This document shows positions 29,135 to 37,031 of a DNA stretch of 64,000 nucleotides, piece by piece (position 1 is the stretch's first letter; each line of letters opens with the position of its first letter). This DNA comes from Dethiobacter sp. (GTDB lineage Bacteria > Bacillota > Dethiobacteria > DTU022 > UBA8154), in assembly GCA_020725665.1 (NCBI GenBank), contig DYEO01000037.1:9558-73557 (forward strand). Direction: 5' to 3'. Both the position numbers and the translations under genes were made by a program. Below the pieces are notes generated by a model. The model did no database searches. It was not told where the DNA came from and saw nothing but the letters and a program-made list of their open reading frames with translations.

Positions 29135-29151
29135 TACTACGGTCAATAGTA
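29135..29151. promoter_or_regulatory. Second BlaI-type operator TACTAC-N5-ATAGTA upstream of blaI
   Basis: One mismatch to the 27578 palindrome arms; autoregulatory position. Confidence 0.65.
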
Positions 29152-29156
29152 ATTTC

Positions 29157-29186
29157 TGCGACAGAGGACGATTCTCGATCTGTCCC
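29157..29186 (+). repeat. REP-like palindromic repeat (TGCGACAG family)
   Basis: 26/30 identity to the reverse complement of 46131-46161. Confidence 0.65.
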
Positions 29187-29311
29187 TTTCGAGGTAAAGG
29201 GCATCGGTCCTGACGTCCAGGGCATGAATCAGGTTTTGGAAACAATGGGCAGAATGAAAAAGAGTGAAGTATGAAATCTATGCCTAATGCCTAACGGACA
29301 ACCATGTTCAC

Positions 29312-30463
29312 CTAAGTGCTAAAAATATGGATTGTTACAGAACGGGCATCACCATGAAGTTCTCCCCCCATGCAATGAGCCAAACCCACCCTGGCACCCT
29401 TAACCTGCCTCACTCCAGCTTCACCTCTTAACTGCAGAGCAATCTCCAGCACCTGGGCAACCCCGGTAGCACCCAAGGGGTGTCCCCTGGAAAGCAGGCC
29501 TCCGCTGGGGTTGACAGGGATATTCCCGCCAAGAAAAGTAAAACCTTCCTTGACTAGACGGACGCCCTCGCCAACCGTGGCTAAGCCCAGTCCCTCATAG
29601 TGCATAATTTCTGCAATTGTAAAAGCATCATGCAGTTCAACCACATCTAAATCCTCAGGACCAACTCCCGCCATTGCATAGGCTTTTTCGGCAGCCCTGA
29701 AATCCGCCTCCCAGGTGGAAAGAGATGGGGGATTAGCATAACTTCCACTTAGAAGCACTGAAGCAGAAACATAAACGGGACGGCTACGGAAACGCTTTGC
29801 CATGCTGTTGCGGCAAATTACCACTGCAGCAGCACCGTCACTCTGTGGACAGCAGCTTAACCTGGTCAAAGGTTCGGCGATCACGGGAGAGTTCAGCACA
29901 TCTTCTTTGGTGATGGGCTCGCGATACTGAGCAAACGGGTTTAATGACCCATGGCGGCGGTTTTTCACTGCCACCAGTGCCAGGTCTTCAACATTTACCC
30001 CGTATTTGTGCATATAGCGGTTGGCTTTCAGGGCAAAAGCTGCAGGAAGAGAAAAGCCGGCTGCGGCTTCCGGGGCTCCGGTAACTGCATCAAGAATATT
30101 TTTCCTCGGGACAAGCATTTTCTCTACGCCAACAACCAGCGCCACTTCCCCCGCCCCTGCTTGAATAGCAAGACAGGCCAGGTAAAAAGCGCTGGAACTG
30201 CTGCTGCAGGCATTTTCCACATTGATAACCGGGATTTTATTTATACCCAGCTCCCATAATATTTTCTGGCCGATCGTAAACTCATTTTGAAGGTTTGGAG
30301 CAAGAACATTGGCGCAGCAGGCAATCTGTATATCGCCGGGACCTATCCCGGCATCCTTCAGGGCTTTTTTAGCTGCTTCCATACCGAGTTCTTCCAGGCT
30401 AAGATGAGGTAAATGGCCAAACCTGGTTATTCCCAGACCGACAACAGCTACTTCCATTCTCAT
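29312..30463 (-). CDS. Thiolase family protein (SCP2-type)
   Basis: ENACSSSS, ELHDAF, NPSGGLLSRGHPLGATG. Confidence 0.9.
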   Translation of the reverse strand: MRMEVAVVGLGITRFGHLPHLSLEELGMEAAKKALKDAGIGPGDIQIACCANVLAPNLQNEFTIGQKILWELGINKIPVINVENACSSSSSAFYLACLAIQAGAGEVALVVGVEKMLVPRKNILDAVTGAPEAAAGFSLPAAFALKANRYMHKYGVNVEDLALVAVKNRRHGSLNPFAQYREPITKEDVLNSPVIAEPLTRLSCCPQSDGAAAVVICRNSMAKRFRSRPVYVSASVLLSGSYANPPSLSTWEADFRAAEKAYAMAGVGPEDLDVVELHDAFTIAEIMHYEGLGLATVGEGVRLVKEGFTFLGGNIPVNPSGGLLSRGHPLGATGVAQVLEIALQLRGEAGVRQVKGARVGLAHCMGGELHGDARSVTIHIFST

Positions 30464-30861
30464 CCCTCTTTAACCTCAAGTTTGAAAAAATAACCCGGTT
30501 TTTCTTTGCCGTCAGGGAATAATCCGGTAACACCGGCTTCCAAAACAACAGGCGTTCCTACCTTTAGAGATTCCCTGGGACAACAGATACGCGCCGGCAT
30601 GGTAATACCATCTTCCAGTAAAACATAACCAACCGTATAAGGAGTCTCATCATTTTCGTTTTTTTTAAAAAAGACGTTGCAAAAAGCATAAACAGTGCCG
30701 CGCTGTGAAAGGATTATTTTTTCCTGGTCGGTACTGTAACACCGCCAGCATATCTTGCGAGCAGGGAAGTACTTGGCTCCACATTTTCTGCAGCAAGAGC
30801 CAAAGAGTGCCGGAGCTCCAGTATCCTGATTCCAAAGATTCTCCCGAACTGTTTTAACCAT
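30460..30861 (-). CDS. DUF35 Zn-ribbon/OB-fold thiolase partner
   Basis: CxxC...FP..CxxC, PYTVGYV; coupled to the thiolase. Confidence 0.85.
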   Translation of the reverse strand: MVKTVRENLWNQDTGAPALFGSCCRKCGAKYFPARKICWRCYSTDQEKIILSQRGTVYAFCNVFFKKNENDETPYTVGYVLLEDGITMPARICCPRESLKVGTPVVLEAGVTGLFPDGKEKPGYFFKLEVKEG

Positions 30862-30903
30862 GCTTACACCCCCGTACTGTCATCTGTTAAGGAGTAGGTG
30901 CCC

Positions 30904-31512
30904 CTATTTATGATGATCCCTTAGCACTCCGTGAAAAAAAATCTCCGTGATTTCTTTTGACAGTTCTTCGATGGATAGAGGTCCGGCGGGATCGAACCAG
31001 AAGTAGGTCCAGTTAGTCATAGCGACAAGGGAAAAGGAGGCAGCTGTTAAATTGAACGGCTTTAACATTCCATTATTTGCAAGCCGTTTTACTTCTTTTT
31101 CAATCAGCTTTAAAGATTCATGTTTTTTTTTATTAATACTTTTTAACTGTTCGGGACTTAATCTTTGACTTTCTTTAGTAAGCAACCCGATTTCCATCTT
31201 GTCATCCATGACAACCTGTAATAGGTTTCGCGTAATGCGGGTCAAGTTTTTTTGGGGGTCATCGCCTTCTTTAATGGCAGCTTTCAAGGACTGAATAAGT
31301 TTGTCAACCGAGCCATCCAAAATGCTGAAGAGAATATCTTCTTTATCTTTAAAGTGGTAGTAAATCCCAGCATTGCTCAACCCAACTGTTTTTGCCAGTT
31401 CCCTTGTCGAGGCATGATCATAACCAAGCTCATGAAAAAGTCTTGTGGCTGCCTTAATAATTTCCTGCCTGCGGGCGATGGTGCTATCCTGATTTAAGCT
31501 AATATCCATCAT
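30904..31512 (-). CDS. TetR-family regulator (PaaR/KstR2-like)
   Basis: LFHELGY, IYYHFKDKEDIL, NWTYFWFDPAG. Confidence 0.9.
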   Translation of the reverse strand: MMDISLNQDSTIARRQEIIKAATRLFHELGYDHASTRELAKTVGLSNAGIYYHFKDKEDILFSILDGSVDKLIQSLKAAIKEGDDPQKNLTRITRNLLQVVMDDKMEIGLLTKESQRLSPEQLKSINKKKHESLKLIEKEVKRLANNGMLKPFNLTAASFSLVAMTNWTYFWFDPAGPLSIEELSKEITEIFFHGVLRDHHK

Positions 31513-31544
31513 TTAGCCCCCCCTTTTATTCTAGCCTATCCAGG

Positions 31545-32132
31545 TTAGGAGAAGTGAACTGCTTTTCCCTCCAGGTAAGCTTTTTGATTCATCTCTACAA
31601 ACTTTTCCGGTACTAGTCGCTTGATTACTTCCAGCCATATTTCTCCTGTCCCGCCAACTAAATTAGAAAGAGCACCCAGCAAAACAACCCCTGCCATGGC
31701 AGGATTACCCAGAGAGCCGGCTAGGTTAGTAGCATCCAGCCAAAGTACTTTAGAGCCTTTCCTCTTAAGTATACCTTCAATCTCGTCTTGCGTGGGGTAG
31801 GTAGCTTTTCCCAGGTTTACGGAGGGTGGCGGGATACGGTAGCTGTTTGACAGTACAACTGACTCTTTGTTCAGATACATCGGCCACCGTGCTGCTTCAA
31901 GCATTTCAAAGCCTATCAGGTAATCAGTTTTCCCTTGCTCTACCAGGGGGGAGAAAACTTTCTCACCCCAGCGGACATGGCTTTCTACTGTCCCCCCTCT
32001 TTGCGCCATACCATGCACTTCGGCTGTTTTTACATCATAACCTAGCTCCATACCCACACCTGCCAGGATATTACTTGCCAAAATTGTACCTTGTCCACCA
32101 ACCCCGGCCATTAAAAAGTCAATTTTTCTCAC
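31545..32132 (-). CDS. iorB: Indolepyruvate:ferredoxin oxidoreductase beta subunit
   Basis: GVGGQG, EVHGMAQRGG; GTG start after GGAGG. Confidence 0.9.
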   Translation of the reverse strand: MRKIDFLMAGVGGQGTILASNILAGVGMELGYDVKTAEVHGMAQRGGTVESHVRWGEKVFSPLVEQGKTDYLIGFEMLEAARWPMYLNKESVVLSNSYRIPPPSVNLGKATYPTQDEIEGILKRKGSKVLWLDATNLAGSLGNPAMAGVVLLGALSNLVGGTGEIWLEVIKRLVPEKFVEMNQKAYLEGKAVHFS

Positions 32133-32196
32133 CGAATCATCCTCCACTTCCATTAAGATAATGCTTAAGATATTGTTTTTGCCGAATAACCTTTGA

Positions 32197-33957
32197 CTAC
32201 TGTTGTTTAATTGCTTCTGAAGGACAAACTTGTATACAAAGCCCGCAACCATTGCACAACACCGGATCAATCCTTACATAATCTTCTTCCTGCACAAGAG
32301 GTGAACACCCCAAATCCAGACAGCTTCCACAGTTGCTGCACAGTTCCGGATCGATCTGCGGGGGCGTTTTTTTCTCTTTCATTTGCAGCGCACAGGGTCT
32401 TAAGGCAACAATTACTGACGGCTCCTGGCTGGCCAGGTGATCCTCCAGTATTCTGGAGAACTCGTCCATCAGGTAAGGGTCGACCACATCAACTTTTTTA
32501 TAGCCTATACTGCGAACAAGGTTTATAATGTCGATTCGTGCAGTTTGCTGCATCTGCAAAGTAAATCCGGTCCCGGGATGGTGCTGGTGGCCGGTCATAC
32601 CGGTAGTACGGTTATCTGCTATAATGGTCGTTGTTGTCCCCAGGTTATATAACACATCTATGATAGGATGAATCCCTGCGTGGAAAAAGGTTGAATCTCC
32701 CAGAAGAGCTACAAAACGCTCATTGGTTTTGGCTTTATCAAATCCATGGGCAACCCCTATACTTGCCCCCATGCATCCTGTAAAGTGCATGGCGTTCAGG
32801 GGAGGTGCAACACCCAGCGTATAACATCCGATATCGCCCAGAACCAGCACACCTGCTTCCCTGAGGACATTGAACATGCCGCGGTGGCCGCAGCCAGGGC
32901 ATAAGATAGGGGGCCGAACGGGCAAGGCAGCCGTATCGGAAAGGTACGCTGCTGCCTCGGCTTCATCTTCTGTCATTTGGATCAACCCGGCAGCAGCTGC
33001 GCAGCGCCGTATCAAGGTCGGGCTGAATTCTCCAATCATGGGGAAAATATCTTTTCCCCTGACCTTGATCCCCATACAGCGAATCTGCTCTTCAAAGAAT
33101 GGGTCGAGCTCCTCTATAACGACCACCTCATGGACTCTGGAAGCAAACTCTCGGATAAGCTTCTCGGGCAGGGGATAGACCATCCCTAACTTAAGAAAGG
33201 TGGCATGGGGAAATACCTCCCGGGCATACTGATATACTGATCCGGCAGCAATAATGCCCAGGGTGTCATCTCCACTTTCAATACGGTTGAGAGGAGATGT
33301 CTCAGCATACTGGACTAATCTTTTAATTCTGTCTTCCACCACCGGGTGGCGGAGCCTGGCATAGGCTGGAACCATGGTATATTTTTGCGGATCACGTTTA
33401 AACGGTATAGGTTCTCCGTAAGGGGGAGGTGCTTCATCCGGTGACATTTCTACCAGGGAGGAAGAGTGAGAAGTCCTCGTAACAAAGCGCATTATCACCG
33501 GGGTATCAAAGCTTTCACTTATTTCCAGGGCAACACCGGCAAACTGTTTGGCCTCTTCGCTATCAGCAGGTTCGAGCATGGGAACCTTGGCAAACTTGGC
33601 GTAATTACGGTTATCCTGCTCATTTTGGGAACTGTGCATCCCAGGGTCATCAGCACAAGCGATAATAAGTCCCGCATTTAGCCCGGTATACACGGCATAA
33701 AATAAAGAATCGGCCGCAACGTTCAAACCAACATGTTTTGTGGAAACCAGAGCCCTGGTGCCGGCATAAGCTGCACCTATCGCCACATCCATGGCCACTT
33801 TTTCGTTAGGTGCCCATTCTGCAAATACGCCAGGGTAAAGAGCAAAATGTTCCATGATCTGTGTGCTGGGTGTTCCGGGGTAGGCAGCTCCTACCCTTAC
33901 TCCGTTAAGGTAGGCACCATAGGCAACAGCTTCGTTTCCCGTCATTAATTTTTTCAA
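32197..33957 (-). CDS. iorA: Indolepyruvate:ferredoxin oxidoreductase alpha subunit
   Basis: GNEA, YPGTPST, KHVGLN, SSQNEQD, CPGCGH, GDIGCY, GDSTFFH, two C-terminal 4Fe-4S motifs. Confidence 0.93.
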   Translation of the reverse strand: MKKLMTGNEAVAYGAYLNGVRVGAAYPGTPSTQIMEHFALYPGVFAEWAPNEKVAMDVAIGAAYAGTRALVSTKHVGLNVAADSLFYAVYTGLNAGLIIACADDPGMHSSQNEQDNRNYAKFAKVPMLEPADSEEAKQFAGVALEISESFDTPVIMRFVTRTSHSSSLVEMSPDEAPPPYGEPIPFKRDPQKYTMVPAYARLRHPVVEDRIKRLVQYAETSPLNRIESGDDTLGIIAAGSVYQYAREVFPHATFLKLGMVYPLPEKLIREFASRVHEVVVIEELDPFFEEQIRCMGIKVRGKDIFPMIGEFSPTLIRRCAAAAGLIQMTEDEAEAAAYLSDTAALPVRPPILCPGCGHRGMFNVLREAGVLVLGDIGCYTLGVAPPLNAMHFTGCMGASIGVAHGFDKAKTNERFVALLGDSTFFHAGIHPIIDVLYNLGTTTTIIADNRTTGMTGHQHHPGTGFTLQMQQTARIDIINLVRSIGYKKVDVVDPYLMDEFSRILEDHLASQEPSVIVALRPCALQMKEKKTPPQIDPELCSNCGSCLDLGCSPLVQEEDYVRIDPVLCNGCGLCIQVCPSEAIKQQ

Positions 33958-33978
33958 TGCTTTTTCCTCCTTGTTGTT

Positions 33979-34031
33979 ACTAAGCGAGCGCCCGGTTAGT
34001 TTATTATATAAAATTGCATGACAACTGTCAA
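33979..34031 (-). promoter_or_regulatory. Consensus promoter TTGACA-17-TATAAT for iorA with downstream imperfect palindrome ACTAAGCG-N6-CGGTTAGT (candidate TetR operator)
   Basis: -35 at 34026-34031, -10 at 34003-34008, palindrome at 33979-34000. Confidence 0.72.
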
Positions 34032-34129
34032 TATCCCTAAATTTTAAAATCCCTAAATTTTTAAAGAAATGCGACAGGGGACAATGCGAAAGCGCCGGGA
34101 TAAACCGGTATAGAGGAGGGGATGAAAGA

Positions 34130-34340
34130 GCCCTACCCTGACGTCCAGGGCAGTGGCGGCAACTGCCCTGGCTTCTGCTTCTGTAGAAGAGTTTTGGACG
34201 AGAGCTCCGAGAAGAATCAGTTTATCCGCATAGCCTTCATGGTAAAGCCGGGCCGCATAATAAACCCTTGCCTGCAATGCCGGTCTGGGCCCTGGGGCCA
34301 GACAGCCGCCCCCAGCACGATAATAACATCGGCGTGCCGG
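34130..34340 (-). pseudogene. YdcF/DUF218 family remnant
   Basis: ADVIIVLGAAVWPQGP / frameshift / PALQARVYYAARLYHEGYADKLIL; no start, truncated. Confidence 0.7.
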
Positions 34341-34362
34341 TTATAGATGGATGGGTATAATC

Positions 34363-34396
34363 AATAAATCCCCGGCGTATGTCCCGGGGATTTATT
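34363..34396. terminator. Intrinsic terminator downstream of tRNA-Arg
   Basis: AATAAATCCCCGG-N8-CCGGGGATTTATT hairpin. Confidence 0.7.
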
Positions 34397-34444
34397 TCGA
34401 TCTTATCATAAGTTAATAAGTTAAGTAACAGGCACCAAAAAAGA

Positions 34445-34519
34445 TGGTGCGCCCGCAGGGATTCGAACCCCGACTTCAGGCTCCGGAGGCCTGCGTGATA
34501 TCCCTTTCACCACGGGCGC
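34445..34519 (-). tRNA. tRNA-Arg (anticodon CCG), encoded CCA, discriminator A
   Basis: GCGCCCG acceptor stem, CAGGC-CTCCGGA-GCCTG anticodon arm, GGTTCGAATCC T-loop. Confidence 0.95.
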
Positions 34520-34624
34520 ACTGTATTAGCTTGTTGAACAATCCGACAAGCTAATAATAACATCCTCTCTGTTAAAAGTCAAACACAGCTGCCAGAAACT
34601 GCCTGATCAGCAGTTTGGCGCCCA

Positions 34625-35104
34625 TTACCCGAAGAGCTTAGCGGCCAGTTGTGCCACTCTTTGTCCCAGCAGGCGGCATTCCTGGCGTGCACTTTCGTCA
34701 GGAGCCTTCACAGCCACCACGCCATAATGGTTGCCTTTGCTTTGCCCCTGCACAACCATGCCGTGCACGAGCATGATCTGCAGGATGCTGAGGACGGTGG
34801 TCTCATTGCCGCCGCCCAGGACGCCGGAGCTGGAGAAAGCTCCTCCGACCTTCCCTTCCAGTTTGCCATGATACTTTACGCTGCGGTCAAAAAAATCCTT
34901 GAGGGCACCGGCTACGATACCGTAATAAGTGGGAGAGCCGGCGATAATACCGTCGTACTCCAGTAGTTGCTCCAGCGCGCAATTCTCCACATCAGAGACG
35001 GTTGTCTCAACACCCGCCTGCCTGGCTCCTTCTGCTACCGCTTCGGCCATTTGCCGCGTGTTGTCGGTGCGACTGTAGTAAAGGATCAGGATTTTTGCCA
35101 TCAC
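34625..35104 (-). CDS. Flavodoxin/WrbA-like NAD(P)H-dependent oxidoreductase
   Basis: YYSRTDNT, GSPTYYG, GKVGGAFSS, GGNET. Confidence 0.88.
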   Translation of the reverse strand: MMAKILILYYSRTDNTRQMAEAVAEGARQAGVETTVSDVENCALEQLLEYDGIIAGSPTYYGIVAGALKDFFDRSVKYHGKLEGKVGGAFSSSGVLGGGNETTVLSILQIMLVHGMVVQGQSKGNHYGVVAVKAPDESARQECRLLGQRVAQLAAKLFG

Positions 35105-35164
35105 GTTTATCCTCCCTTCAATTTTTGTCAATGCTTGCCACGCTTAGTATAACACATTAGCACC

Positions 35165-35760
35165 GTAAACATCCACCCGCTAGCCGGCTATTCCGGTGGA
35201 GGGAAGATACTTGTCCCAGGCGTTGCCGGCTTGGCGACCATTTTTGGCCTGCATAATTTGGAAGCAGGCAGCCCCGGGGAAACGGCTACCCCGATGCACC
35301 GTTTTATCGCTGCGGTACTCGCTCAACATCCCATAGAGCTCGGCTTGCAGTTGCTCTCAGATGGTACGGGAGAGGTAGTCGGCCTCTTTGCCGGGCCGCT
35401 GCAGCAGGCCTGGGATGAAGCGATCCAGGCCTTGCATGCGTATATAGCCCGCAGCATTCCCAAAGAGTTTAACCTTTGTCTAGCGGAAGCAGATCCGTAC
35501 GACCTGAATTTGCTGGGGTTTTTTAAAACCCTTCCTGCTCTTGTTGCTGTTATGCCTCCACACGGGCATGGGCTGATCTTAATCAGGGGAACGGCAGGAC
35601 TGGGCCACCATCACGCAGATGGGTTTCTATCATGAACTGCTGAATTTTTACAAGGCAGCGGTTGGGGAAGAGCCTCTTGCAGTTACTCCGGAATTGGAGT
35701 ATGGCGATGCCTTAACCATATTTGCCATACTGGATTCCCTGGAAAAGCGGGAAATAGTTA
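35165..35760 (+). pseudogene. Lactate racemase (LarA) family remnant, 5'-truncated
   Basis: IHPLAGYSGGGKILVPGVAG resembles the LarA catalytic His/Lys region; no start; premature stop at 35635; 3' limit approximate. Confidence 0.65.
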
Positions 35761-35864
35761 AAGTAGCCAGGAAAGTGGAGTATGAACCGGTATATTAAAA
35801 ACATTTTTGGAGCAGGACGGATACGGCTTACATATTAAAATCCCCTTCCGGAAAATATATACAT

Positions 35865-37031
35865 ATGTCTAGGAAAAAAATTCTTTATGTCACAGCTCTG
35901 TATGACGGGGGCATCGGCAGACATGTTGAGGCCCTGCTGGCTTACTTTTCCCGGGAATATGAGGTGGCCCTGGCTTCACCTAACCCTCCTCCCTTGCCAG
36001 ACGGTGAGCGTTACAGAATTGCTTATTATAATCTTCTCCTGGGTGGTCGTAATGTTCCTTTTTGGGATGGAGGAGCCATGCTCCGGCTGGTTCAACTGTG
36101 CCGCGAATTTCAGCCGGCGCTGGTGCATGCCCACGGTTTCAAGGCTTCCATGCTGGCCCTGCCGGCGGCAGCGCTCTGCCGCTGCCCTGCCATTGTCACG
36201 GTGCACAATTTCCCTGCATACCCGGCAAAAAGTTTTCTGCCCGAATCTTTTTTTAACGGCGCACTGCGTCGCTTCGACCCGCTGGTAAGCCGTTATATTA
36301 CCGTATCGGAGGCGTTGCGGCACTTTCTCATAAATTGTGGTATCGATGCGGCGCGGATTAAAACCATTTATAACGGTGTGCCCGGGGTTTTCGGGGAACC
36401 GGGTTTTGTGCCGGCAACGATGAGAACTTTTAGACCGCCTGCCATCATTCATATCGGTACGGCGGGGCGACTGGTACCCCAGAAGGGGATGGATATTTTT
36501 ATCCAGGCGGCAGCCAAACTGGCTTCCAAATACCTTCGCGGCCGCCTGCTCTTTTTTATTGCCGGAGAGGGGCCGGAGCGGGAGAATCTGGAAAAACTGC
36601 GGAATAATCTTGAACTCTGTGACCTGCTTTTTTTTAAGGGAAAGATCCATAATATGGATGCCTTCTTCTCTGGGCTGGACATTTTTGTGCTGGCTTCCCG
36701 CAGTGAGGGACTCTCTTTTTCCCTGCTGGAGGCGGCTGCGGCAAGGCTTCCCCTTGTAGCCGCTGCCAGCGGCGGCATTCCGGAAATCATCAGCCATGGC
36801 AAAACAGGTTTGCTCGTTCCTCCCGAAGACAGCGAAGCGTTGGCGTGGGTCCTGGGCCGGCTGGTGGATGAGCCGCAGACCAGAATTAAACTGGGAACGG
36901 CGGCATTAGAGGAGGTAAAGCGCCGTTTTACAGAGAAGAAGATGCTTGCCCAGACATCTTCTCTTTACAAGGAGATTTTTACTGCGGAGAAAGAAAGGGA
37001 AAAAGGGAAGATTTCTCTTGTTAAACAGTAG
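35865..37031 (+). CDS. Glycosyltransferase family 4
   Basis: GGIGRH, HAHG, GRLVPQKG, SRSEGLSFSLLEA. Confidence 0.9.
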   Translation: MSRKKILYVTALYDGGIGRHVEALLAYFSREYEVALASPNPPPLPDGERYRIAYYNLLLGGRNVPFWDGGAMLRLVQLCREFQPALVHAHGFKASMLALPAAALCRCPAIVTVHNFPAYPAKSFLPESFFNGALRRFDPLVSRYITVSEALRHFLINCGIDAARIKTIYNGVPGVFGEPGFVPATMRTFRPPAIIHIGTAGRLVPQKGMDIFIQAAAKLASKYLRGRLLFFIAGEGPERENLEKLRNNLELCDLLFFKGKIHNMDAFFSGLDIFVLASRSEGLSFSLLEAAAARLPLVAAASGGIPEIISHGKTGLLVPPEDSEALAWVLGRLVDEPQTRIKLGTAALEEVKRRFTEKKMLAQTSSLYKEIFTAEKEREKGKISLVKQ

